A stretch of 64,000 nt of DNA from Candidatus Kryptoniota bacterium (GCA_049966155.1 JBMFVE010000002.1:274569-338568), one strand, 5' to 3'. Counted from the stretch's first letter, positions 9,184 to 19,894 are shown. The notes: generated by a model not told the origin, from the sequence alone. Translations and numbers: made by a program.

Positions 9184-11832
9184 TCATGAGTCGAGTACTT
9201 GCCGAACTTTTTTAGCAAGAGCAACTGGTGTAAATGGTTTTTGAATAAAGTCGATTCCTTCTTCAAGGACTCCCCTATGAGCAATGACATTTGCGGTATA
9301 CCCTGACATATAAAGGGCTTTAACGTTGGGTTTCATGGCCCTGATTCTCTCGCTCAGTTCCCTGCCATTCATAACAGGCATTACAACGTCCGTTAAAAGG
9401 AGGTGGATCTCATCCTGGTACGCTTCGCAAACCAGTATTGCCTCTCCGGGGCTCAAAGCTGTAAGTACCCTGTAGCCATAAATTTCCAGAGTATTTTTTG
9501 CAAGTTCGAGAAGATTGGCCTGGTCTTCAACAATAAGGATTGTCTCCGACCCTCCATATGAGCCTGCTTCAGGTGCCGCCTCTATTTTTTCTGCATCCCC
9601 GATATACCGTGGTAAATAAATCTTAAATGTCGTTCCCTGACCAACCTCACTATAAACATTAATATTGCCCCCGTTTTGCTTTACAATCCCGTATACTGTT
9701 GAAAGTCCAAGCCCTGTTCCCTGCCCCTTTGGTTTCGTTGTGAAAAATGGCTCGTAAATTCTCTGAACGACTTCTTCATCCATTCCCTTCCCGGTATCAG
9801 TAAAACTTATGACAACATATTCTCCAGGCAAAAATTCAAATCTCTCCTTTACATATGTATCATCCAGAACAGCATTGAAAGTTTCAATTGTCACTGTTCC
9901 CACGTCATCAATAGCATCCCTTGCATTGGTTGCTAAATTAACAAGTATTTGATCGAATTGAGCTGGATCAATCCGGATATTCCAAAGGTCTTCCCCCGGG
10001 ATGAACTCAAACTTTATGTTTTCGCCAATTAATCTGCGGAGCATTTCAGCAATTGAACGAATTGCGCTGTTTGGATTTAAAATTTTGGGAGATATAATTT
10101 CTTTCCTTGCAAACGCAAGGAGTTCCTTCGTCAATTCAGCTCCGCGCCTGGCTGCCGAACCAATCAGCTCAGCATAATGGTAAACAGGATCCTCCCGCCT
10201 GATTTTCCTTATTGCTAAATCTGCATAGCCAATAATAACCCCAAGCATATTATTGAAGTCATGAGCAACACCTCCAGCAAGTCTCCCCAATCCCTCCAAT
10301 TTCTGAGCTTGAAGAAATTGCTCCTGGATTTTCCTGCTCTCGGTTATATCATAAGCAGATGCGATAATAGCAGAACTTCCTCTGTACTTAATCATTGCTC
10401 CACTAAAATCAATCCACCGCTCTTCACCCGACTTTGTAATAATCTTGTATTCATAATGAGATGGCACTTCCTTGCCGCTTATTCGCTGTTTAGCTCTTTC
10501 CATAACCATTGCCCTGAAGTCGGGATGGATAAGACTCATTGGATTTATCCCGTAAAGCTCGTCAGCACTATAGCCTGTTATTCTTTCCGCCGATGGATTT
10601 ACGTAAAGGAATTTTTCAACATCTTGAATCCATATCGCTGCAGGGGTGTATTCTGCAAGCATCCGGAACTTTTCTTCACTTTCTCTCAATTCCTCAACCG
10701 CCTTAACTCTTTCCGTAGCATCTCTTTTAACTGCAACAAAGTTCCTGATGTTGTCCGTTTCATCCCTGACCGGAGTTATACTCATTGACTCAGAATAAAA
10801 TGTTCCATCCTTTCTCTTATTCACCAGAATTCCACGCCATATTTTGCCAGACAGGATTGTCTGCCAGAGCTCTTCATAAAAAGTTTTATCTTGAACCCCG
10901 GATTTCAAAATCCTGGGATTGTTTCCAATTACCTCGTTCTTGGAATAACCTGTAAGCTTTGTGAATGCATCATTGACCCACTCTATTGTGCCATTTCTGT
11001 CAGTTATAGCTATTGCATCACCAACCGCTTCCAATGCCGTCATTCGTAAACGAAGCTCTCCTTGCTCTTTAACGTGTTCTGAGATATCAAGTGCAACTGC
11101 AACAATAAATGTTTTTTCAAGCATTTCCGCTGGCTGAAGAGAAAGGAACACATCGTAGACAGTCCCATTTTTTCTTTTATGAATGGTCTGGAAAGTTATG
11201 TTATCCTGCAGCCCTTTCTTTAAAGGTTCAATTAACTGAACAAATTCTTCTCTCGTAAACTCAGGCTTAATATCTAACGGCGTCATCTTTTGAAGCTCTT
11301 CCAGTGTGTAACCCATATTTCTCAATGCACCTTCATTTGCGTAGTAAAATTGAAAGGTGTTGCTGTCAAAGACGTATATCTCATTTAAACTATGGTCAAC
11401 AATAGAAACCAGCCATTTTTCTCTCTCCTCAAGCGTCATTCGTTCCGTAACATCAAAGGCCGTTGCCACAACAACATCTTTGTTGCCAAACCTTCCTTTG
11501 CGAAGATGCACTTCTTTTGGAAATATCTGTCCATCCTTTTTTAATCCCCAGAATGGAAAGTCACGGGGAATTCCATTCAAGGCATCCCTCACAGCTTTAC
11601 TTACCATTTCAAGATCATTTTTTCCGGGTGCACTTAAAAATTCCGGCGTTTTTCCGAGAAAATATTCTCCGGGATAGCCATATGTTTTTGCTGCAGCTTC
11701 GTTTACAAAAAGAAATCTCCCCTCAGCATCCAAAATATAAATTGCAGCCGATATTGCATTGAGAAGTTGTTCGTATGATGACATACGTTGCTGATTATTG
11801 GAACTTCTCATTCTTCCTGAACCTTCAGTCAT
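9184..11832 (-). CDS. Cytoplasmic multi-PAS hybrid sensor histidine kinase (about 4 PAS, HisKA, HATPase_c, C-terminal receiver)
   Basis: H-box AHDFNNMLGVIIGY, DTGKGMD, GTGLGLSTVYGIV. Receiver ILIVEDQ...LLLTDVVMPVMNG...K. Four PAS-like repeats and no TM segment. The 935-aa track ORF probably starts later; I use ATG 11832 (MTEGSG), with 11811 and 11784 also possible. Confidence 0.8.
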   Translation of the reverse strand: MTEGSGRMRSSNNQQRMSSYEQLLNAISAAIYILDAEGRFLFVNEAAAKTYGYPGEYFLGKTPEFLSAPGKNDLEMVSKAVRDALNGIPRDFPFWGLKKDGQIFPKEVHLRKGRFGNKDVVVATAFDVTERMTLEEREKWLVSIVDHSLNEIYVFDSNTFQFYYANEGALRNMGYTLEELQKMTPLDIKPEFTREEFVQLIEPLKKGLQDNITFQTIHKRKNGTVYDVFLSLQPAEMLEKTFIVAVALDISEHVKEQGELRLRMTALEAVGDAIAITDRNGTIEWVNDAFTKLTGYSKNEVIGNNPRILKSGVQDKTFYEELWQTILSGKIWRGILVNKRKDGTFYSESMSITPVRDETDNIRNFVAVKRDATERVKAVEELRESEEKFRMLAEYTPAAIWIQDVEKFLYVNPSAERITGYSADELYGINPMSLIHPDFRAMVMERAKQRISGKEVPSHYEYKIITKSGEERWIDFSGAMIKYRGSSAIIASAYDITESRKIQEQFLQAQKLEGLGRLAGGVAHDFNNMLGVIIGYADLAIRKIRREDPVYHYAELIGSAARRGAELTKELLAFARKEIISPKILNPNSAIRSIAEMLRRLIGENIKFEFIPGEDLWNIRIDPAQFDQILVNLATNARDAIDDVGTVTIETFNAVLDDTYVKERFEFLPGEYVVISFTDTGKGMDEEVVQRIYEPFFTTKPKGQGTGLGLSTVYGIVKQNGGNINVYSEVGQGTTFKIYLPRYIGDAEKIEAAPEAGSYGGSETILIVEDQANLLELAKNTLEIYGYRVLTALSPGEAILVCEAYQDEIHLLLTDVVMPVMNGRELSERIRAMKPNVKALYMSGYTANVIAHRGVLEEGIDFIQKPFTPVALAKKVRQVLDS

Positions 11833-12032
11833 ATTAAGGCTCCATCTGAATAAGTTTGAAGCAACATTCACTGATACAGAGACCATTGACTGCCACTTAA
11901 ATTGCAATCCTGTTGATATTGAGGCAATAATTATAGCCCAATGTCCGCAGAGAATCAATGAATCGAGAAGCAGCCGAACGTTGCAACTCATTCAGGTCGT
12001 TATTAGTTTATAAAAACAAGAAACAGTTGAAA

Positions 12033-13766
12033 ATGCTTGAAAAAATATTGAAGCCAAAGGACATTATTGATCTTTTACACCGGGAAAAAGATAAAACAAG
12101 TTTAAACTTAACTGAGTTTAAAGAAAAGCTCAGGTCAAGATTTTTCCTGAGTGACGCCAGCAGAAAGGAATTTTACATAGTACTGATGTCATCAACTGCT
12201 GGCTTTGACGCAATTATGGATGATGCTGACCTTGTACATGACGCCAAACTTCTTACACTTCCGAATTTTTCTCCCCTGGATCAAAAACGAATGCACCATC
12301 TCATATGGCTGGGAAAAGCATACTGGGTGTCGAGCAGCGAACAGCATACCGATAGACTTAAATCAGAGATCAGCGATTTCCTGAAGACTGAGCATAACAA
12401 AAGCTGGTTTGACTCAATCGACTCTAAAATTGCTCTGATTAACGTCATCACTTCACTCCTCTATTTTTTAAAATCACCTTACATTGACGACAAATTTCTA
12501 ATTGAATTCCTCTCTTCTCTATTCAAAATTGGTCGGAAGCTGAAAAAGTCCTTACGAGCCACTGACGGGTCCACCAATTACTGTGCCGGTCTCGTCGCCA
12601 TTCTCTTTATCGGGCTTGTCTTTCTCGATACAAAAGATGGAAAGAAATTGACAAAATGGTCATTCGATGCTCTTCAGAAACATATACTGGAAGCTGTACT
12701 TAAAGACGGTACTCACTCTTCACGTGATATTAACTGTCATTTGCTTTCAACCGAACTTTTAACCACAGCTTACATTCTCCTTAGACTTAACGGTTATAAA
12801 CTTTCTGATAGTTACGTTGAAAGGCTCGAACTGATGTATGACTTTCTTGATTCGGCATCGGACAAAAGTGGAAGATGTCATCTGGCAGGTATCAGGTGCA
12901 ATGGACGGTTATTCAGGACGATGTCACAATTTGAGATATCCGATGTGAGAGATCTTATGGCTATAGGAGCGGCTATTTTTAACCGCGACGACTTCCGCAC
13001 CAGAGCCATGAGATATAGCGATCTGGCACTGATGCTGCTCGGTAGCGAAGGATATGAAAGCTTCTCAGCATTGAGTCCAGTAGAAACCTGTAAATCGAAA
13101 GTCTTTAAAGAGGGACACTTTGCCTTTCTCAGATCTGAACAGAACTGGGCATCATTTGACTTTGGATTGGTAAAAAGGAAGACAAACGTTTCTAGCGGAT
13201 ATCCAATGAACTTTACAGTTTCCGGAAGGAATGACTTTATTCTTAACTTGGGAACAAATGGGAATACTTTACCTGACACCATGTATAGCGGTCGACTGGT
13301 TTTAATGTGCGATGATGCGAAACCGGGACGCTTTGTTTTAGAAAGTTCATCATTGGTTTCCGTCGACCTTGGAAACAAAGAAGATATTGTTGAAGTGGAA
13401 AACGTCTTAAGGACTAAAAAGCAGAGGTTTTTTCATCGACGTCGGCTTTCTTTCAATAAGTTCCAGAGAAGTATTCTAATCGAAGATACATTATCAGGTG
13501 AGGGAAAATGCAATATCAATATGCCCCTTTATTTTCACCCCGATTTGAGAGTCACGAGAATTGGCCGAAATACGTTGACACTTGAGGGGGAGGAATTCGC
13601 TTTTTTAAAAATTGACAATGATTTTGTATTAATGGATGAGCCCGGCACTCAACCAAAATCTCTTTTAATAAAATGGTCGGGTATTTTGCCATTTAAAAGT
13701 GCAATTTTTGTTTTTATCACAGGTAACCTTGATGATTTGAACCATATCATTAATACTTCAAAATAA
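12033..13766 (+). CDS. Hypothetical protein, possibly heparinase II/III (alginate-lyase superfamily)-like; no signal peptide
   Basis: Long open frame. The segment VLKDGTHSSRDINCHLLSTELL and the C-terminal FKEGHFAFLRSEQNWASFDFG...FTVSGRNDFILNLGTNG resemble the heparinase II/III layout, but the usual His-rich motif is not seen. Start is ATG 12033 (MLEKIL) or ATG 11958. Confidence 0.4.
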   Translation: MLEKILKPKDIIDLLHREKDKTSLNLTEFKEKLRSRFFLSDASRKEFYIVLMSSTAGFDAIMDDADLVHDAKLLTLPNFSPLDQKRMHHLIWLGKAYWVSSSEQHTDRLKSEISDFLKTEHNKSWFDSIDSKIALINVITSLLYFLKSPYIDDKFLIEFLSSLFKIGRKLKKSLRATDGSTNYCAGLVAILFIGLVFLDTKDGKKLTKWSFDALQKHILEAVLKDGTHSSRDINCHLLSTELLTTAYILLRLNGYKLSDSYVERLELMYDFLDSASDKSGRCHLAGIRCNGRLFRTMSQFEISDVRDLMAIGAAIFNRDDFRTRAMRYSDLALMLLGSEGYESFSALSPVETCKSKVFKEGHFAFLRSEQNWASFDFGLVKRKTNVSSGYPMNFTVSGRNDFILNLGTNGNTLPDTMYSGRLVLMCDDAKPGRFVLESSSLVSVDLGNKEDIVEVENVLRTKKQRFFHRRRLSFNKFQRSILIEDTLSGEGKCNINMPLYFHPDLRVTRIGRNTLTLEGEEFAFLKIDNDFVLMDEPGTQPKSLLIKWSGILPFKSAIFVFITGNLDDLNHIINTSK

Positions 13767-13778
13767 AGGAAGTTGAAA

Positions 13779-14753
13779 ATGAGATTAGCCGTAGCACAAA
13801 AGCTGGATGACAAAATGGTAAGCCTGATACAAAACAAATTGGGAAATCTGTGCGAGATTGATTTCATACACAAAGCTGATGATTCCATTAGAAAGGAGAG
13901 CCTGGTAAAAGCGGACATTGTAATGGCAATGAATATAAAAAGGGACTTAAAAGAAGAGGAGTTCGAACTCATAAAAAATGCAAAGCTAATTCAAATCACA
14001 CTTGCTGGCGCCGACATCATTCCGTTTGAAAAATTATCCCCCCATACAGTCGTCTGCAGTAATGGAGGTGCTTATAGCGATCCAATAGCGGAACATGCAA
14101 TGGGTATGATGTTGTCACTTGCCAGGAATTTCCTCCCCCTTCACAGGAGTCTCAGCAACGGCATTTTTGACCAGTGGACAAAACATAAGTTGCTGAAGGG
14201 ATCAACGCTTGGAATAATTGGATTTGGCGGCATCGGGAAACGAACTGCGGAATTAGCAAGAGGATTTGGTATGAAAATATTTGCAATTAACAAAACAGGC
14301 AAATCAGACATACATACTGACTTTATCGGAACTATAGACGATCTTGACTATCTTCTAAAAAATTCAGATTTCATTCTTTTATCTATTGCTCTCAATAAAC
14401 ACACAAAGAAAATAATTGGCAAAAGGGAGTTAGAATTAATGAAACCTGACGCAGTTCTGATTAATGTTGCCCGCGGAGACCTTGTGGATGAAGGTGCGTT
14501 GTACAACCACCTGAAAGCCAATCCTCAATTTAAGGCGGGAATTGAAGCCTGGTGGATAGAGCCTTTTAATTACCCAAAATTTGAAATTCACTACCCCTTT
14601 TTTGAACTGGACAACTTCCTGGGCTCACCTCATAATTCATACCTTGTGGATGGAATAATGATGAAGGCACTTGACGCCGCAGTGGATAACATTCTGGCTT
14701 ACATCGAGCAAAGACCACTGAAAAATATCCAGAATAGGGAAGATTACATATGA
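13779..14753 (+). CDS. D-isomer-specific 2-hydroxyacid dehydrogenase, NAD-binding
   Basis: GIIGFGGIGKRTAELARGFGMKIFA (Rossmann), INVARGDLVDE, SPHNS catalytic-His region. ATG 13779 follows AAGGAAG; the track start at 13773 is TTG. Confidence 0.85.
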   Translation: MRLAVAQKLDDKMVSLIQNKLGNLCEIDFIHKADDSIRKESLVKADIVMAMNIKRDLKEEEFELIKNAKLIQITLAGADIIPFEKLSPHTVVCSNGGAYSDPIAEHAMGMMLSLARNFLPLHRSLSNGIFDQWTKHKLLKGSTLGIIGFGGIGKRTAELARGFGMKIFAINKTGKSDIHTDFIGTIDDLDYLLKNSDFILLSIALNKHTKKIIGKRELELMKPDAVLINVARGDLVDEGALYNHLKANPQFKAGIEAWWIEPFNYPKFEIHYPFFELDNFLGSPHNSYLVDGIMMKALDAAVDNILAYIEQRPLKNIQNREDYI

Positions 14754-14771
14754 AAAGGGATTTAAAAGAAA

Positions 14772-14811
14772 GGCGGCGATGCATTGGGGAATTGCATCAA
14801 CCGCCCTTTTT
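14772..14811 (+). terminator. Rho-independent terminator, probably bidirectional (between convergent genes)
   Basis: GGCGG-c-GATGCA...TGCATC-aa-CCGCC stem followed by CTTTTT. The complementary strand also runs into a T-rich tract (TTTCTTTTAAAT). Confidence 0.7.
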
Positions 14812-14845
14812 GGGCTTCGCTTCAGGTGGGAAATTCAGCAAAGTG

Positions 14846-17800
14846 TCAATTAGCTGCAACAACAGACTTAACACCGGATGCTGCTGCCTTCTCGCTCCTG
14901 GTTGAAATTAATGGGACTCCTTTGACAAAATTGTCACGGTATTTCACGAGTAAACTTTCGACCCTCGAAGCAAGTTCAAATTGATCCGAAGCATTTAACT
15001 CCTTAATGTACTCACCAAGCAAATATCTTAAATTTTCTTCGTCACTTTCATCAACGTCCACAATTCGAACAATTGAATTTCTTGCCAGCCTCCGTCTGAG
15101 AGTATCAACCGTCAAATTCATCATGGGGTTAATCCTGAAGTATACCACACCGCCTGTCATGCCAGAGCACATCCATGGACCGGGATCACCCATCACCAGG
15201 GCACGACCTCCCGTCATGTATTCAAATGCAAATCCCTTTATGTTCGCTCTGCTGGCTACATTCCCCTTTGAATCATCAATGGGAACAGTCACCTCGCCTC
15301 CAATAATCACGTCTGCACCTGAAAGCCGAATTCCCGCTCTGGCATCAGCATTTCCCTGAACAATGAACAATCCTCCCTGTGCGCCATACGCAAAATACTT
15401 TCCAACTGAGCCATCAACCAGCTCACCTTCATGATTCTTTCCTTTCAGTATAACTATTCTGCCGCCCGAGGCACTCTTTGCCACCCCATCCTGCGCACCA
15501 CCTTCTACTCGTATTTCTATGGGCGCAGTGGAAAAAGCTCCAAGGCCATTTCCGGGGATTACTCCTCGAGTAAACTCAAGAGAAATCCTTTTTAAGTTAG
15601 CCGCTTTCGGGGAACTGTGATTCTGAGACTGGCGGATCAGTTCGCCTGCCAGATATGTCCCGATTGCCCTATCCGAATTGAAAACTTCATCATCACTATA
15701 GCATACCTCTTCACTTTTGTTATTAATTGCTGATTCGAGAACTGTTGATGCTATCATACGTGTTAGAAAAGTTCGAGGCCTTCTCACAAAAATTCGCTTT
15801 GATGTTCCATTATCATTACTTTTATCCACACTGAAGCGTTCAGTTAAAAACGAAAGATCAATTTTATCATGCATTTTGCTTTGAAATAATAAATCATTTC
15901 TTCCAACAAGATCCTTTACATTTTTAAACCCCAAATAGGCGGTAAGCTCTTTTATCTCATCATTAAATGCCGAAAATAATCTCACTATGCCTTCAGCTGC
16001 TTCTTCAAAATCTCGCGGCTCAAAAATTTTCTGTCCAAAGTAAATAGCTTCATCTCGATCCTTAAAATGTGAAGTTATTCCAACGTGACAGGTACCCGTG
16101 TTGCACTTGCGACATTGAGTACATCCAATAGCAAGCATAGCAAACGTTCCAAACCCCACCCGGTCTGCTCCAAGCAACATCATTTTAACCACATCCTTTC
16201 CACTGCGCATTCCGCCGTCACACCACAGTTCCACCCTGTGCCGCAGTCCGGATTTTAAAAGAGCAATATGGGCTTCGTGAACACCAATTTCTGCTGGAAA
16301 TCCAACATATCTTAATGAATGTTTTCTGGCAGCGCCGGTCCCCCCTTCATAGCCGCTAATTGTGATTATATTTGCACCCGCCTTAGCCACGCCTGTTGCT
16401 ATTGGCGCAATTGCTGGAATAGATGGAATTTTTACTGAAATTAATGCATCAGGATTAATTGTCTTCAACTCTTCAATTAACTGGGCAAGATCCTCAATTG
16501 AATAAATATCGTGATTGTTTGATGGAGAGATCAGGTCAATTTTTTCCGGAGTGTGCCTTGCCATAGCGATTTTTGTCGTCACCTTAAATGAAGGAAGCAT
16601 CCCCCCTTCGCCAGGCTTTGCACCCTGAGCAATCTTGATTTCGAGATATTTTGCAGAGTTTAACATTCGGGCATTCACTCCAAATCTTGCTGACGCGATT
16701 TGCTCACCGCGGTTGTAGTAGTATCTTCCCAGAATATCTTCCAGTTCTCCACCCTCACCGTTAATGCAAATTGTATTTAATCTGTAAGCTCCCTCTGCAT
16801 ATGAACGAAATGAAGTTTCTCCCTGTGAACCAAAAGACATTGCCGAAATGTACATTGGCATGCTATGCTGCCCAATTCGTGTGGAGACCTCGTGCGGGCT
16901 GATAGTATTATTTTGTTGTTCCTTGAAACTCAGAAGGTGACGCAATGCAACAGGAAATTCATCTTCAAGCTGCTCCAGCTTTGATCTGTATACCTGGTAG
17001 TCCTCCTCACCCTTAGCAACGTCGTTTACAGTTTTCCAGATCTTGCCATTGAAATGCTGATGCTTTCTGAAATTTGATTTTGTCTTCCCCAATGCGGTTT
17101 CCAGCCTCATTCGCGCTTCCCTGTCAAGATCTTCCATCTTCAGACCCGCCGTAGTATTCCCAAGATACGCTTTTGTCTTTAATATTTTCTGGAGTTCATC
17201 AGACAGGCCGAGAGACGCAAATATCTTGCCGTATCCCTCTATTTCGTGTATTCCCATTGTGGACATAACTTTTTCAATGCCAGAAATGATAGCTTTAACG
17301 GAGTTTTTTAGTGCCAGGACTTTCTGATCGAAATCCTTCTTTGAACTCAAAATCTCATCAAAAATCATGTATGGAATCACAGCGCTTGCACCAAGTCCAA
17401 GAACAATCATTATATCATGGACATTCCGAATGAACCCGGATTCAACAACGATACTTGTACTTCTCTTGAGAGATATCTTACTGTTTCCAGTCCTATCATC
17501 CCTTTTTTCTTCCAGTGCCCCATAGGCGACAGACACAGCCAGTACAGGGTCAATAACAGCCTCGCCTCTCTCAAAGGCACCAAAATCAGAGAGCAAAATA
17601 ACTTCAGCACCATTTTCAGCGGCTTCTATACACCTCAGCTTTAATTTCTCAACAGCTTCCTGCAATTTCTCCTGAGGAGAAAACGTTGCATTTATTGTTT
17701 CAAACCTCAATGGAGTCCTGGAGGTTGCTCCTGTTGCTTTTTCAATTATAAAACTCCCAAATTCTTCAGCAATCTCATTTAAGGCGTGGTTGTCTTCAAC

Positions 17801-19504
17801 ACTATAACCTGATTTAAATATCAGGGGGATTTCCAGAACCATCTGTTTATATTCTGTCAATCTTCTTACATCAGCTGATAAATCAGGCTTTCTTCCTATA
17901 ATTACCCTGGTTGAGAAATGTTCCTGTTCACGAATCCCATCTATCGCAGGATTTGTGACCACGGCAACAGTTTCCTTGAAAAATTCTGTAAGATTCTGAA
18001 TCCCGTCGCTCAGTGGCGCCAGCTGACCGTCATATCCCATTGATCCAATAGTTTCTTTTCCACCTTCCGCCATCTTGAGAAGGTCCTCTGTTTCATCCTT
18101 CGTCCACCCAAAGGCGGAAAGGACATTTTCTCTCCTCAATGTTTGTGAAAAAACGGGCAAACTTTGTACTTCAGTATGAATAGCCCTGACGGAAACCAAT
18201 GAACTATTTGGCTCTTCGTGGTCAAACCTTTTCTTAAAAAGTTCCACTGCTCGAGCTTGAAGCGCCTCATGTGAAAAGACCTGAACATAACCATTTACAA
18301 GCCGTTCAGTTTCCCTATCGAAAGTCCTTCTATGAAGCAAAAACCCTTTCTTTTCTCCCGGGGCAAGAGGGGTGACATCTGATACCATTGTCTCAAGTGG
18401 AACAACTCCTTTTTCAGAGGAAGCAAAATATTCTTTTTCTGTCTCACCAAACCAAAGTGGGCGCAAACCCATAGCGTCCACACTGAACACGACTTCATCG
18501 CCCTGCCTGCATATAAGTGCAGCCGGCCCCTGCGCGAGCGACCCAAATGAACGGCGATAAAAAGTATACATTTCTCTTAAGTCAGGGTTAAGATTCTCTA
18601 TTTCAGTCCACACAGGCGGGAAAACTATACTTAGAGCCTCCATTAAAGAAAAGTCGTGCTCAAACATCAGACTTTCTATTATCCTGTCTAAATCCTGCGA
18701 ATCACTTCCTCCTTCCGGCAGCTGCATTCCAAGCATAGCGGCTTCATGACGAAGCCTGCTAATTGTGTTAATCTCGCCATTATGACCCAGCGTGGAGAAC
18801 ATTTGAGCGCGTTCTGCTACAGAATCCGTGTTGGTTGAAAAGCGACCATGTGCCAGAGAAATAGCACTTGTATAGTCGGAGTCTCTTAACTCGGGGTAAT
18901 ACTCGATAAGGTTATGAACATCGCCTCTGACTTTATATACCACAGAGTTCTTTGAAAATGAAACAACATGGACTTCAGGTATTTCTTTCTCAATTTTCAG
19001 CTGAATTGCAAATTCCTTTTTACTGTCGAATTGCTTGAACTCCTTTGGGATGCAGGCATACTGATAAAAATGAGGCTCTGTTGCCCTTCCAATCGGACCT
19101 AATGCTGAACGATAAGTATCCCCCTTTCTGTAAAAAACCACATCCAGACCCCCCTCCTCAATAATAGCCTTGATTCTTTTAAGTATACCTGCAAGTAATT
19201 CTCCTTCAGCCCTGATAAAAAAATGTCCCACTGTAAAGAAATCGCTGTAAGAGACAGTAGATCTAATGCCGTGTGGCGTCAAAATTTTTTCCCATATCTT
19301 GCGTGGGACGTCAGTTTGAATGCCTGCGCCATCGCCTTCATATTCTATCTCGCCGGTTCTGTGTCCCATATTGCTCAACGCCTCCAATGTTCTTTTCACA
19401 TTACCATGTGAGGGCACACCGTTCTTCTTCACATTTGCTATGATAGCGCAATTTGATTTTTCGTTTTCTTTTAGGTATAGGCTGATATCGTTTAAAATGT
19501 TCAC
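14846..19504 (-). CDS. gltB: Glutamate synthase large subunit (Ntn amidotransferase + central + FMN/Fe-S + GXGXG domains)
   Basis: 1552 aa. N-terminal Cys (..SNCAIIANV), FMN-domain motifs GEGGMLPSFK and SGYEGGTGAA, Cys cluster CTQCRKCNTGTCHVG, C-terminal GXGXG repeats. GTG start. Confidence 0.93.
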   Translation of the reverse strand: MNILNDISLYLKENEKSNCAIIANVKKNGVPSHGNVKRTLEALSNMGHRTGEIEYEGDGAGIQTDVPRKIWEKILTPHGIRSTVSYSDFFTVGHFFIRAEGELLAGILKRIKAIIEEGGLDVVFYRKGDTYRSALGPIGRATEPHFYQYACIPKEFKQFDSKKEFAIQLKIEKEIPEVHVVSFSKNSVVYKVRGDVHNLIEYYPELRDSDYTSAISLAHGRFSTNTDSVAERAQMFSTLGHNGEINTISRLRHEAAMLGMQLPEGGSDSQDLDRIIESLMFEHDFSLMEALSIVFPPVWTEIENLNPDLREMYTFYRRSFGSLAQGPAALICRQGDEVVFSVDAMGLRPLWFGETEKEYFASSEKGVVPLETMVSDVTPLAPGEKKGFLLHRRTFDRETERLVNGYVQVFSHEALQARAVELFKKRFDHEEPNSSLVSVRAIHTEVQSLPVFSQTLRRENVLSAFGWTKDETEDLLKMAEGGKETIGSMGYDGQLAPLSDGIQNLTEFFKETVAVVTNPAIDGIREQEHFSTRVIIGRKPDLSADVRRLTEYKQMVLEIPLIFKSGYSVEDNHALNEIAEEFGSFIIEKATGATSRTPLRFETINATFSPQEKLQEAVEKLKLRCIEAAENGAEVILLSDFGAFERGEAVIDPVLAVSVAYGALEEKRDDRTGNSKISLKRSTSIVVESGFIRNVHDIMIVLGLGASAVIPYMIFDEILSSKKDFDQKVLALKNSVKAIISGIEKVMSTMGIHEIEGYGKIFASLGLSDELQKILKTKAYLGNTTAGLKMEDLDREARMRLETALGKTKSNFRKHQHFNGKIWKTVNDVAKGEEDYQVYRSKLEQLEDEFPVALRHLLSFKEQQNNTISPHEVSTRIGQHSMPMYISAMSFGSQGETSFRSYAEGAYRLNTICINGEGGELEDILGRYYYNRGEQIASARFGVNARMLNSAKYLEIKIAQGAKPGEGGMLPSFKVTTKIAMARHTPEKIDLISPSNNHDIYSIEDLAQLIEELKTINPDALISVKIPSIPAIAPIATGVAKAGANIITISGYEGGTGAARKHSLRYVGFPAEIGVHEAHIALLKSGLRHRVELWCDGGMRSGKDVVKMMLLGADRVGFGTFAMLAIGCTQCRKCNTGTCHVGITSHFKDRDEAIYFGQKIFEPRDFEEAAEGIVRLFSAFNDEIKELTAYLGFKNVKDLVGRNDLLFQSKMHDKIDLSFLTERFSVDKSNDNGTSKRIFVRRPRTFLTRMIASTVLESAINNKSEEVCYSDDEVFNSDRAIGTYLAGELIRQSQNHSSPKAANLKRISLEFTRGVIPGNGLGAFSTAPIEIRVEGGAQDGVAKSASGGRIVILKGKNHEGELVDGSVGKYFAYGAQGGLFIVQGNADARAGIRLSGADVIIGGEVTVPIDDSKGNVASRANIKGFAFEYMTGGRALVMGDPGPWMCSGMTGGVVYFRINPMMNLTVDTLRRRLARNSIVRIVDVDESDEENLRYLLGEYIKELNASDQFELASRVESLLVKYRDNFVKGVPLISTRSEKAAASGVKSVVAAN

Positions 19505-19695
19505 CGAATTTTCCCTTTTTTTGTTTTGGGATTATCTAATAATGGAGAGAATAATAAGGACAGGGAGTCGTCTGACTCCTCGTAGATTGGGAGGCAAATA
19601 GGATGCAACTGGTACAAAACTGCAGAGCTGTAAGTCTTCAGTCATAACAATACTTTTGAAGTTTGTGCAACACCTCTGCACGGTCTCTTTCAACT

Positions 19696-19872
19696 TCATT
19701 CATCGTCGTCATCTTTTGAGAAACCATATTGGTATACCTGAATAACCCCTGTACCATGACATTTCTCACATTCAATAAATTCGTAACCGTCATCTTTTGG
19801 CATAACTCCGACATATCGAGTGCCATGACAGACGTCACATTCTGATTCCCATTGAGTTTCTTTTTTAAACAT
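19696..19872 (-). CDS. Small (58 aa) DnaJ-CR-like zinc-ribbon protein; not in the ORF track because it is under 60 aa
   Basis: My translation: MFKKETQWESECDVCHGTRYVGVMPKDDGYEFIECEKCHGTGVIQVYQYGFSKDDDDE*. Two CxxCxGxG-type knuckles, GGAG 7 nt upstream of the ATG, and a canonical promoter upstream. Confidence 0.6.
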   Translation of the reverse strand: MFKKETQWESECDVCHGTRYVGVMPKDDGYEFIECEKCHGTGVIQVYQYGFSKDDDDE

Positions 19873-19894
19873 TTCTTATCTCCTTTTCAAATTC

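Noticed and set aside
14846-19504. Looked for a gltD (small subunit) partner next to gltB.
   Set aside because: None is present in the window, since the neighbours are a convergent dehydrogenase and the 58-aa gene. Unlinked gltD is common, so this is not informative by itself.
19610-19624. TGGTAC-N-CTGCA resembling a sigma-54 promoter on the plus strand.
   Set aside because: The GG-to-GC spacing is one nucleotide short, the -24 hexamer is imperfect, and no plus-strand gene follows.
19638-19838. 66-aa ORF from the six-frame track (MTSVMALDMSELCQ...).
   Set aside because: It has no RBS or promoter. It is out of frame with, and almost entirely overlapped by, the 58-aa zinc-ribbon frame, which has a promoter, an SD and a recognisable motif.
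19696-19872. The two CXXCH strings (CDVCH, CEKCH) in the 58-aa protein as c-type heme sites.
   Set aside because: There is no signal peptide or membrane anchor, so the protein should stay cytoplasmic. The CxxCxGxG context fits a zinc knuckle instead.
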